Assembly: GCA_964016885.1 (NCBI GenBank)
Contig: OZ024751.1
Span: 53,072,001-53,136,000 of the forward strand
Length of the DNA: 64,000 nucleotides
Direction of reading: 5' to 3'
Origin: Eledone cirrhosa
Lineage: Eukaryota
Part shown: one piece after another, positions 37,567-55,854 of the stretch
Layout: each line of letters starts with the position of its first letter
Numbering within the stretch: position 1 is the first letter of the stretch
Made by a program: the position numbers and the translations under genes
The notes under the pieces: generated by a model
The model's database searches: none
Told to the model about the DNA's origin: nothing
Seen by the model: the letters and a program-made list of their open reading frames with translations, nothing else

Positions 37567-37787
37567 CCCTTTAGCATTTACATTACACTGTATTTACTAT
37601 TGTATTTTCAAGGTAAATCCTTTACCTCACATAATTATCTCACATAGCATCAAATCTATGAGATGTTGGTACTATTTATTTTGAGTACAATACCTTAACA
37701 TCAGTATGAGCGGCTAGTTACAGCCAGTTTGAATAGAAAAAGGTGAGAGAATTCTAGCTGGATACAGCCGGTTTAAATGCTAAAGGG
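37567..37787. mobile_element. piggyBac-type MITE
   Basis: TTAA|CCCTTTAGCATTTA ... TAAATGCTAAAGGG|TTAA. Confidence 0.85.
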
Positions 37788-38274
37788 TTAATAGTTAATC
37801 CTTTAGCATTTAAAGCAATCATGAAGTCATGGGTTTTATCCCATTGTGTGGTAACTTAGGCAAGTGACATTTATCACAGCTCTGGGTTGACTCTTGCTTT
37901 GTTAGTGAAACAGAGTCAACAGAAACTGTTTGGAAGCCAGTTGGATAGACAACATCTGTAATTCACACTGTCATGCTGAATCTCCCTGAGAATTATGTTA
38001 ATATATGTAGACCGGTCAACTACTAACATGTTAATTTTATAAGCAAGCTGTTCTGTTGCTCAAACAACTGATACATTCATCGTGAAACTGACTGAGATCC
38101 ATTCCTTCTGTTTATTTTACAGACAATATATGAGAAGCCTAGATAAGGTATTTATATAGTGTTTAGCTGTTATGTCTAGCAGTCAGGCAACCACATTAAG
38201 TCTTCTTTGTTGTATTGTATTCAAGTTATGTGACTTTATATATGGGATACTTCTTAGAGATTAGGGAATGTAAT

Positions 38275-38470
38275 GTGTGTGTGTGTGTGTTTGTAGGAGA
38301 GTGGGCTGTATAATAGTGTGAGTGTGTTTGTAGGAGTGGGCTGTATAATAGTGTGTGTGTGTGTGTGTGTGTGTTTGTAGGAGAGTGGGCTGTATAATAG
38401 TGTGTGTTTGTAGGAGAGTGGGCTGTATAATAGTGTGTGTGTGTTTGTAGGAGAGTGGGCTGTATAGTGT
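38275..38470. repeat. GT-containing minisatellite
   Basis: (GT)n-TTGTAGGAGAGTGGGCTGTATAATA, five copies. Confidence 0.9.
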
Positions 38471-38857
38471 GTGCGTGTGTGTGGTTCAAGATTAAAAAAG
38501 ACACACAGAACACACACACACATACATGCACACACACACATGTACACACACACATATATACATAGACACACATACATGCACACACACACACATGAGCACA
38601 TGTGTTGGACAATAAGTAGAGTGTATTGGTGGGATATTCCTTGTTCTACTAGCTATAGTATTGATCTATATCCAGCAACAATGGTAAAATATTGATTTTG
38701 GTACTTTCCAATCATTGATACTAAATATAGATTGATGAGTAATGGACCTCTCTGAGAAACTCTTAAGTGAGAGAAGGGAGGATCTTTGAGCAATTTTATC
38801 TGCTAGAAACAGCAGCCTAATCAGCCTCAAATCACACCCTATAGTTTTAATACAAAC

Positions 38858-39250
38858 CTGTGTTACATCCTGATACATATTTGTGTCACATCCTGATATA
38901 TGTGACACACCCTGATATATATGTGTTACATCCTGATACATATGTGTTACACACTCTTACATATTTGTGTCACACGCACTCTGAAATGTGTGTCACTTTC
39001 TGATACTTATCTGTATTACATCCTGATACATATTTTTGTATCACACCCTAATACATATGTGTCACACCCTCATAAACATTTGTTACATCTTAATATATAT
39101 CTGTGTTACATCCTGATACATATCTGTATCACATCCTGATACATATCTGTATCACATCCTGATACATATCTGTATCACATCCTGATACATATCTGTATCA
39201 CATCCTGATACATATCTGTATCACATCCTGATACATATCTGTATCACATT
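38858..39250. repeat. 23-bp minisatellite (about six perfect copies at the 3' end, degenerate copies upstream)
   Basis: Unit CATCCTGATACATATCTGTATCA. Confidence 0.92.
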
Positions 39251-39289
39251 CTGTCACTTACTATGTGTTTCTATTTCTTTTCTTTTCAG

Positions 39290-39344
39290 GCTGACACATA
39301 TCTGTGTTACTCCCTCAAAGCAAATGTCACAGCAAGTTACATTG
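39290..39344 (+). CDS. PHM: PHM/PAM coding exon 2
   Basis: Acceptor tcttttcag; ADTYLCYSLKANVTASYI plus one G (phase 0 to 1); DTY.C motif of PHM; donor GTAAGT at 39345. Confidence 0.9.
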
Positions 39345-39517
39345 GTAAGTTGGAACTTCTACTAGAAATGTTTAATATTTGTTGTTGGTGCTGTGTGTAT
39401 ATATATATATAAATCAGGAAAGAAGGTTGACATGGTTTGCTATACAAAAAAGGTTTTTAATCTCATAGCTTACAATTGTTTTCACGTTACTCGATCGCCA
39501 ATACAAAATTATAACCA

Positions 39518-39562
<45 letters not shown>

Positions 39563-39601
39563 TATATATTATATATCTATATATATATATATATATATAT
39601 A

Positions 39602-39683
<82 letters not shown>

Positions 39684-39844
39684 TTTTTAATATAAGGAAT
39701 TGTTCTTTGTTTTTATTTCATTGTTTTTATTAATTTATATATATATATATATTATATATATATATATATATAAAGAAAAAGGGATGAAATCGAAAATGCA
39801 ACTGAAGTCTTATTTTTTTTAAAAATATATATATTTATTTGGTT

Positions 39845-39882
39845 CCTTTACCGGTTTCGCAGTTCTTCTGCTTTTCAAAAGG
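39845..39882 (-). ncRNA. Minimal hammerhead ribozyme (U3-A8 variant), inverted pLTR copy
   Basis: Exact reverse complement of 44403-44440. Confidence 0.7.
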
Positions 39883-40034
39883 TGAGTTGAGATGGAGGGT
39901 CTGTGGTTTTTCTCACATCTGGTTGGTCTCTAAATGTTACTTGTTTTATATGGAAAAAGTGGCTCGAAAGCCAGGTTTTTCGAGAAGTAATTTGATTGGT
40001 TTGTCAATAATTATAATAAATTTCGCGCCACAAA

Positions 40035-41138
40035 GTGGACCAAATACACATCTATAAAAAAGGACCCCACGAAGAAACAGAAAATACCCAAGAGACGAAT
40101 ATTACTCCAGTATTAACTAAGCTAATCGAAACCATTGAAACAGCAATGCTCCAAAAGCTTGAACAACCGTTAGAACCCAATCTACGAGATGTCCACTCAG
40201 TGCAAAACACCCTAATCAACATATGGACTCAAAAGCTCACAGCCCGCAAATTCGCCCTTTGGAATCTCCTAAAAAATAATGGCAAGGCAGACATATATGA
40301 AAAGTGGCTAAACTCTACCCCAATCATCCTCCCCAAAAAACTCCAAATAAAACCCATCCCGAATGAACCAGAAAACCAACAAAGACTTAGGGAAAAGATG
40401 GCATTGGAAACATTTAAAACAGAAATAGAACTGTTGCGATTAAGAACCAACTCCAACGAAGAAAAATTCAAGTCACTCGACCAACAGATGGACACAGAAA
40501 TCTCAAAGCACTCTGAAGGCCTACTCTACAAAAAAACCCTAAAACTTTGGAAAGAAAACTGTGAGGATGAAGAACTCACATCCCTCCAGCGATGGGAAAA
40601 AAACGCCACCTGGTTCAACAACTACGAAATGGACTTCAAAAATGAACAACATACAGGTAACCCATTTTTAAAACAAACTAAAACTCACACACCACATGCA
40701 CAACAAATAACAAAAAAAGTAACAAAACGTCCAACATACCCCCAGCAAAACTATAACGATAATCCCAGAAACCATAGACAAAACTATAACCCTACTAACA
40801 AAAACCAAAGATCCCCGAACACAAGGCAGGACCTGATCCGCAGATCACAACCCACACAAAACCTATTCCAAAACCGTAGACCCCTGCCCACACAGAGCCT
40901 GTTCCAAAACCATAGATCCCAACCCACACAAAGGAACCAAATCTACAACCCGGACTATCAACAAACCGAACCTCAATACGTCCGAAACTTCTATACAAGA
41001 CCACACAACAACAGGGGAAATACCATTAGATATAATAATACCAATGAAAAAACATTCCAGAAAAATCATTTTTTAGACCAAGGCTACAGGACTCACGACA
41101 CCCGGTGGCACAAACCGATTTTGAAAAACCGAAAATAA
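40035..41138 (+). CDS. PLE upstream ORF (probably 5'-truncated): helical/coiled-coil-like half followed by a Q/N/P/R low-complexity half
   Basis: 367 uninterrupted codons starting at the inversion junction; overlaps the RT frame, which is -1 relative to it. Confidence 0.7.
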   Translation: MDQIHIYKKGPHEETENTQETNITPVLTKLIETIETAMLQKLEQPLEPNLRDVHSVQNTLINIWTQKLTARKFALWNLLKNNGKADIYEKWLNSTPIILPKKLQIKPIPNEPENQQRLREKMALETFKTEIELLRLRTNSNEEKFKSLDQQMDTEISKHSEGLLYKKTLKLWKENCEDEELTSLQRWEKNATWFNNYEMDFKNEQHTGNPFLKQTKTHTPHAQQITKKVTKRPTYPQQNYNDNPRNHRQNYNPTNKNQRSPNTRQDLIRRSQPTQNLFQNRRPLPTQSLFQNHRSQPTQRNQIYNPDYQQTEPQYVRNFYTRPHNNRGNTIRYNNTNEKTFQKNHFLDQGYRTHDTRWHKPILKNRK

Positions 41139-43374
41139 TTAACATTTCAAATACAAACCTCTCAGCCCAACAAGTAAAAATTCTCTCCAAAGGTCTGAAA
41201 TTCACACCAACACCACAATATCCTAACCCCAATGAGTTAAATGACGATATCTCACACTTCTGTAGAAAATTATGTCTCACAGAGGAATTCTTTGACAAGG
41301 AGAATAACGACGAATCAATTGTACGGAATAAAAGCAGCTACAACCCAACAAAAGGTAGAAACAGAGTTCTGGACAAATTTTGTGACCACATAGCTACCTT
41401 CCCATACCATGAACTACCGCAACCTAAACCCAAACCCAACACAAGTCGAAGGGAATGGGAGATTATCCATGAACTAAAAAACAATCCGGACATTGTAATT
41501 AAGGAAGCGGACAAGGGAATACTGTTGTCATTATGGAGGCTGAAAAATATAAAAATTCTATGTTCTCTCTCTTACAAAATGCTAATTACTATGAAAGAGT
41601 AAAAAACTACCAGCAATCAAAAATAATGACCAAATTAAACACACTGATTTATCGATACCAGGAAGACCTAACTAAAAAGGAACGCGATTATTCAACAAAT
41701 TTTGAATACAAAACCAGCAACCTTTATGGACTTCCGAAGATCCACAAATGTAAAATAATCAACGATGCCTGTAAACAATCCACCTCAGCCTGCGTGAACA
41801 CACAATACCCCACAGACCTTAAATTAAGACCAATTGTAGCGGGCCCACAATGTGAAACACACAGATTGAGCAACTTTATAGACATACTACTGAAACCAAT
41901 ACTGAAACACATACCAAGCCTTGTAAGAGACGATCTGGACCTCTTAAACCACCTCCCCAAACATGTCAACAACGACACTATTATTGTGTCTTTCGATGTA
42001 GTGAATCTCTACACAACGATCCCACACCAATACGGACTAGAAGCAATAGGATTCTGGCTAGAGAAATATCCCAATGAGATACCTGACAGAATAGAAAAAA
42101 GCTTCATCACCGAGGGATTAAAATTCATCCTACAGAACAACTTTTTTGATTTTGATGGCAATACTTACAAGCAAATATCGGTGACTGCGATGGGCACAAA
42201 AGCCGCTCCAACTTATGCCAACTTAGTCATGGCATACTTAGAAGTCCAGATATATGAACAGTCCAAATCAAAATACGGATTGAACTTCCACAAATATTTA
42301 TCAGAGAATTGGAAACGCTACTTGGATGATTGCCTCATTCTTTGGTCCCACACACTTGACCAACTGAAGGATTTCAAAAACTTAATAAACGGCATCAATA
42401 GCCACATCCAATTCACAATGGAATACAGCCAAGATCAACTCCCATTTCTGAACATCTTAATCACAAAAAAAGACACAAATATCGAAACTGACATACACTA
42501 CAAACCAACAGATTCCAAACAATATCTGCTATTCACCTCCAACCATCCAAAGCACACAAAGACGAACATTCCTTTTAACCTAGCAAGAAGAATTTGCACA
42601 ATTGTCTCCAATTATGAAACGCGAAATAAAAGACTTCAAGAATTAAAGGAAATTCTACTTGAGAGAGAGTACGCACTATTACTAATAAATAATGGAATAG
42701 AAAGGGCTAAAGCAATAGGCATTGATGAATTACGGAAACAGAAACAAATTCAAGGTACGTCCAATATTCTATCATATATCTCAACACACAACCCAAGAAA
42801 TGCGGAAGCTTACAACACTATTCACAATAACATCCCACTACTAAAACAAAACCCAAGAATGAAAAAAGCCCTTGAAACACACAAAATAATCAAAAGCAAA
42901 AGACAACCAAAATCACTGAAAACATTACTCACCAATGCCAAATTACCTACCACAAACCCACAACCAAGTATCAAAAAATGTGGTCGCTCTAATTGTGGAA
43001 CCTGCACTCACCTCATTGAAGGCAACATGTATACATTTAAATCAGGACAAAATTTTACTGTAAAAAATCACTTCACTTGCTCATCAAAAAATCTAATTTA
43101 TGCCATTAAATGTAAAGGATGCAATGAAGATTATATAGGACAAACTAAACTCACACTCAGAAACAGAATGACAGTTCATCGCCAACAATTACGAGATCCA
43201 ACCACGAGACAGATACCACTAAGTGCATATCTAGACATTTGCGCAAGTAATAAGACACCCAAATTCCAAGTCTTCCCATTTTACCTTTGCGCTAACAATA
43301 CAACAGAACAAATGCGAATAAATAAGGAAAATATGTTTATTCAAAAATATAGACCAACATTAAATAAGGTTTAA
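41075..43374 (+). pseudogene. PLE reverse transcriptase + GIY-YIG endonuclease with one frameshift near 41517
   Basis: IINIS..LSKGLKFTPTP, ADKG/NTVVIM (1-nt loss), LYGLPKIHK, LRPIV, SFDVVNLYT, TAMG, WKRYLDD, HYKPTD, CGRSNCGTC linker, NLIYAIKCKGCNEDYIGQT, RMTVH, YRPTLN. Confidence 0.93.
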
Positions 43375-44402
43375 TATACATTGTGTCAACACCACAATAT
43401 GACATACACACACACACATAACACCTTCTACTTTAGAAAATAAAAACCCGAACTAAATAAACCTTAACATACGTTTGCACTGGCAATACAACAGCAAACA
43501 CGAAAAAATCAGGAAAATATGTTCATTCAAAAATATTCCTACTAAAGGAATCATTTTCCTACACACACATACACACACACACAAAATATATATATATATA
43601 TTCTCTTCATCTTAACATGCTAACCATACTCCCACACACATAACACCCATACACACACATAACAACCCCCACACCTACAACACCCTCCCCATTTCTACTA
43701 ATAGAACCACTTTCCTACACACATATATATATACACACACACAAAATATATATTCTCTCCATCTAACATACTCGCACACACACACATAACACCCATATAC
43801 ACACATACACAACTCCCTCCCCCATCTCTACTAATAGAATCATCTTCCAATACACACATACACACACACACACACATATACACACCCACAAGCACACAAA
43901 TAAACACATATCTTCAGTCTCAATAGAAAATCTGAACTCTGACACCTGAACTCTGACAGCTGACCATATTCACTGAACCAGAACATTTCTCCCAATCCCT
44001 TTTCCCTTGACCACTATCTCTCCATTATCATAACATTCACTATAAAGACTACAGAATAGTTTTCCAAATAAGGGCGCAAAAATGTAATGAAAACTTGTTC
44101 ACGTGACAGCCAAATTTCATTTATAACCAACCAAAAAAAAGCCTTCGTGAGCCTCATTTTTTCAAGTAAAAAGAAATTCAAACACTCATATATGAAAAAA
44201 CAACCTGTGACAACCCCCCCCCCCTCTTATTTGAAGAACTATTGTAACGCGAACTGGCGCGAAATTTATTATAATTATTGACAAACCAATCAAATTACTT
44301 CTCGAAAAACCTGGCTTTCGAGCCACTTTTTCCATATAAAACAAGTAACATTTAGAGACCAACCAGATGTGAGAAAAACCACAGACCCTCCATCTCAACT
44401 CA

Positions 44403-44440
44403 CCTTTTGAAAAGCAGAAGAACTGCGAAACCGGTAAAGG
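44403..44440 (+). ncRNA. Minimal type I hammerhead ribozyme (U3-A8 variant) in the PLE pLTR
   Basis: CCTT-TTGAAAA-GCAG-AAGAA-CTGC-GAAA-CCGGTA-AAGG: stem I CCTT/AAGG, stem II GCAG/CTGC, palindromic ACCGGT stem III, GUA triplet. Confidence 0.72.
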
Positions 44441-44571
44441 AACCAAATAAATATATATATTTTTAAAAAAAATAAGACTTCAGTTGCATTTTCGATTTCA
44501 TCCCTTTTTCTTTATACTTCCACTCGTGTAGGACACCTCGGTTATTTTTCATTTTGTAAAAAAAACCTCAC

Positions 44572-44603
<32 letters not shown>

Positions 44604-44788
44604 TAGTTATGTAATAAACAACATAAGATAATTATTTCATTTACCAGTGGTTTTTTGAAGGCAGATGTGTCTGTCTTCAGTCGTCGGAATAAATAACATG
44701 GTGTTTTTATTAAATATGGATTTGAAAATAAAATTTAGGAAATATGAAAGTGAGGCTGAAAAAAATGGGCGAAAAGGAATTTTGTAGA

Positions 44789-45420
44789 GGAGTAGGTATA
44801 TTTTGTTGGAAGGAGTAGGTATATTTTGTTGGAAGGAGTAGGTAAATTTTGTTGGAAGGGGTAGGTATATTTTGTTGGAAGGAAGGAGTAGGTATATTTT
44901 GTTGGAAGGAGCAGGTATATTTTGTTGGAGGGAGTGGTATATTTTGTTGGAAGGAGTAGGTATATTTTGTTGGAAGGGGTAGGTATATTTTGTTGGAAGG
45001 AAGGAGTAGGTATATTTTGTTGGAAGGGGTAGGTATATTTTGTTGGAGGGAGTGGTATATTTTGTTGGAAGGAGTAGGTATATTTTGTTGGAAGGGGTAG
45101 GTATATTTTGTTGGAAGGAAGGAGTAGGTATATTTTGTTGGAAGGGGTAGGTATATTTTGTTGGAAGGAAGGAGTAGGTATATTTTGTTGGAAGGGGTAG
45201 GTATATTTTGTTGGAAGGAGTAGGTATATTTTGTTGGAAGGAGTAGGTATATTTTGTTGGAAGGGGTAGGTATACTTTGTTGGAAGGAAGGAGTAGGTAT
45301 ATTTTGTTGGAAGGAGTAGGTATATTTTGTTGGAGGGAGTAGGTATATTTTGTTGGAAGGAGTAGGTATATTTTGTTGGAGGGAGTAGGTATATTTTGTT
45401 GGAAGGAGTAGGTATATTTT
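44789..45420. repeat. 23-bp minisatellite (~27 copies)
   Basis: Unit GGAGTAGGTATATTTTGTTGGAA with recurring variants. Confidence 0.95.
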
Positions 45421-45561
45421 TGATAGAATAATCCAATTCATAAACGTCCATGGTGTATGTTGGTTAATTTCCTGAAACTGTAGAGTGCTCAACTTATCGG
45501 GCTGGAAGGTGCTAATCGTATATGTAATATAGAATATGTTTCGATCATTCCCGGTTGGAGC

Positions 45562-45698
45562 TGTATAAATGAAGTATTTCCGTCGGAGAGGTGCAAGAGG
45601 GGGGAGTGCTCTATGTAGGCTGCAGTAATAAGCTCTGTAGCCTACATGGAGCACTCTTTCCTCCTGTACCTTTCCGACGGAAATACTTCATTTATGTA
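45562..45698 (+). other. 64-bp hairpin with 9-nt loop, G-U biased on the + strand
   Basis: Arms 45562-45625 and 45635-45698; nine G-U pairs (seven internal), one A-C mismatch, no indels. Confidence 0.85.
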
Positions 45699-45752
45699 AA
45701 GTTATGTTGGTGCCACAACATCCAGGCCGAAACAAATGAGATCGTGTAGGTG

Positions 45753-46093
45753 TCACGACAAAAAACACAGTCCACGCTGTAATGTAGCCGTGTAGGCAAC
45801 ACGGTAAAAACCTCCCAGTCCCACACTGTAAATGTGGTTGGTGTTAGGAAGGGCATCCAGCTGTAGAAAACCCGCCAGACAGTCCACGCTGTAATGTGGC
45901 CGTGTAGGCAACACTGTAAAAACCTCCCAGCCCCACACTGTAAATGTGGTTGGTGTTAGGAAGGGCATCCAGCTGTAGAAAACCCGCCAGACAGTCCTAT
46001 GCGAGCAAGACAACCACTCTTGCCTCAAGTGGGAAAACTCCCGTCCAAACCCATGCAAGCATGGAACATGGACGTTAAACGATGATGATGATG
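45753..46093 (+). mobile_element. RTE-tail-bearing repeat with an internal 112-bp tandem duplication
   Basis: GTTGGTGTTAGGAAGGGCATCCAGCTGTAGAAA occurs twice (45767-45878, 45879-45990); ends GGACGTTAAAC(GAT)n. Confidence 0.8.
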
Positions 46094-46100
46094 ATATATA

Positions 46101-46176
<76 letters not shown>

Positions 46177-46211
46177 ATATATAGTGTATATATTATATAT
46201 ATATATATATA

Positions 46212-46243
<32 letters not shown>

Positions 46244-46273
46244 GTGTATATATTATATATATATATATATATA

Positions 46274-46337
<64 letters not shown>

Positions 46338-46452
46338 GTGTATATATTATATATACCGTGAATATATAGTGTATATATGTATAGTGTATATATATAGTGT
46401 ATATATGTATAGTGTATATATACCGTGTATATATAGTGTATATATTATATAT

Positions 46453-48405
46453 GGACCGGAAGCAAACATGGATTGAAAACACCGCCACACAAGACACTAA
46501 CACACAATTTCAACACTTCATGACAACGATACACACCATATGCAAAAAGTGTGTCCCGGAGAAAGAGGCAAACACACAAAAATCTTATTCCCAGAGATAG
46601 GAAAATCCTTATGAGACGTAGAACTAAACTCTGAAACCAGTTGAATAGTCAACAAAACAAAAACAAGAAGGAATCCTATTTGAAACGTGCACTACTTGAC
46701 ACCGAGATTGCACTCAAACTTTCACATGAGAATGAGAGGGCAAAGAAAGAGAACAGGGCCATAGAAAACATTAAAACAAACCCTAAGGCCTTCTTTAAAT
46801 TTGCAAAAGAAACTGCTTCAGTACACTGCAAGATTGGGCCACTCTTCCACACGGACGGTTCATTAACCGAAAACCCCCAGGAGATATGTGAAATACTGAA
46901 TGAACAGTACAAAAGTGTCTTCACATGTCCACTGAGGAACATGCAAATAACGAAGCCAGAGGAGTTCTTTGATGCCACAACACTACATCAAGAAATGGCA
47001 ACCATCAACCACATAGACATAACGGAGGAGGATGTGGTGTACGCCATTGATGAAATTAGAACAGACTCGGCTGCTGGACCTGATGGATTCCCAGCAGTTC
47101 TCCTAAAAATATGTAAGCGGGCCTTAGCAACTCCACTGAAGATGCTCTTCAGAAGCTCCTTGGCTAGCGGTGTACTACCCAGGGAGCTGAAAGAAGGCAC
47201 AATATGCCCTATCCATAAAGGAGATAGTAGAGCGGAGGCCAAGAACTATAGGCCAGTCTCCCTGACGTCGCATATCAGTAAGGTCATGGAGCGAGTCGTC
47301 AGAAAGAAACTAATCACTTTCCTCGAAGAAAATGACCGCCTGACTAGCACGCAACATGGCTTCCGCCCAGGAAGAAGCTGCCTTACACAGCTGCTACATC
47401 ACTACGACTGGGTACTGAGACAACTACTAGACAGCTCACATGTGGACGTGATATATCTTGACTTTGCGAAGGCCTTTGACAAGGTCGACCACGGAATGAT
47501 ATGTCACAAACTACACGGACTCGGCATAACTGGAAAAGTAGGTGAGTGGCTGCATGGCTTCCTAAGGGACAGAAGCCAGGCAGTCGCAGCAAATGGGGCC
47601 CTCTCGAGGGAAACACCGATAACAAGTGGGGTGCCCTACCACTACTGTTTTTGGTGGCTCTCTCGGACATGCCCTCTGTGGTGCATGCAACAACATCCCT
47701 CACTAGCTATGCTGATGACACTAAGGTAGCACAGGCAATCAAAAACCCGGCTGACGCTGCCAGGATCTGGATGCCATATACAGATGGGCGGACGAAAACA
47801 ACATGCAGTTTAATGCTGGCAAATTCCAAGCCCTACAATACAAACCTGCAAACACAAATATAGTGGAACACAGCTACACAGGACCAGGAGGGACCGATAT
47901 CCCCGTGTCAAAATCGATACGAGACCTGGGCATAGACATGAGCGATGATGCATCTTTTTCTTCACACATCATGAAGGTGGCGACAACATGTAGACGATTC
48001 GCTGGCTGGATCTTGAGGACTTTCCTTACAAGAGATCGAGACACCATGTTTACACTGTGGAGGACTTTTGTCCTAAGCCGCCTGGACTACTGCTCCCAGC
48101 TGTGGTCACCCCATAGTGTCAAACTAACCACGGAGCTTGAGGCAATCCAGCGAAGCTACACCAAGAGGATTGCCAAGATGAGGGAGACAAGCTACTGGGA
48201 GAGGCTAAAGGAACTGAACCTCAACTCCTTGGAGCGAAGACGGGAGAGATACGCAGTGATCTACATGTGGAAAATCCTGGAGGGACTAGCACCAAACTTT
48301 GGCATTGGGAGCTGGAACAACCGTCGAACAGGACGTCACTGTGTGGTGCCAAAGGTCCCGTCTTCCACATCTAGAATAAGGAGCAGGTATTGCAATAGCC
48401 TGGGA
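46453..48405 (+). mobile_element. CR1-like LINE fragment (RT), frameshifted, bounded by TA arrays
   Basis: NPKAFF, AAGPDGFP, NYRPVSLTS, QHGFRPGRSC, YLDFAKAFDKVDH, SGVP, YADDTK, RDLG, RLDYCSQLWSP, SYWERLKEL..SLERRRER. Confidence 0.9.
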
Positions 48406-55350
<6,945 letters not shown>

Positions 55351-55854
55351 GGTGCGCGAGTGTATTAGAATTCATAGAATAATGAGAAAAACTCAAAAAG
55401 AAAACCTGTTAAAACAGCAAAATATTGTCAATAACAGTGTCGGGTAAAAAATTATCTCAAACGACAGAAATCAGTGGCTAGAAGTCTGTGGCTTGTGGGC
55501 CACTTTCACCGCCCCAGGGCATTTGTTGTCCTTTCTAGTGGCGACTTGGTGCTTAGAGAACTCACATCTCATTTGAGGCGCTTACCACCACAGAACAGGA
55601 AGATTGTGATGCCATCTGCTCCTTTGCTGTCCCCTCAATCTAACACCACTGGCTTGAGAAACCAATAGCATTCAAAGCATGTTTATTAATCTCATTGAGA
55701 GTGGCATAGCATGAGACAGCAGTCACTGTAATGGCATGAGGGTGGATGAAGGCCAAAGCATCCACCGGAGCTCTACAATGGCATGTTAACATTGTACAAC
55801 TTTATTTATTTATCTATTCATCTACTTATTTTCTTATTAATTTTGTTCTTTCAG

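Larger units (their letters stand above)
39768..44578 (+). mobile_element. Penelope-like element (Neptune-like), 5'-truncated with an inverted partial pLTR, inserted in (TA)n
   Basis: RT plus GIY-YIG ORF. 39768-40030 is the reverse complement of ~44255-44516; an extra ~60-nt tail is present only at the 3' copy; (TA)n on both sides. Confidence 0.92.

Noticed and set aside
39839-40057. Identical MVPLPVSQFF.. ORFs here and at 44186-44446
   Set aside because: A by-product of the inverted pLTR; TTG starts and no protein features.
44710-45654. 314-aa and 238-aa repetitive ORFs, and a CRISPR-like appearance
   Set aside because: This is a 23-bp tandem minisatellite with no unique spacers, in eukaryotic DNA with no cas genes.
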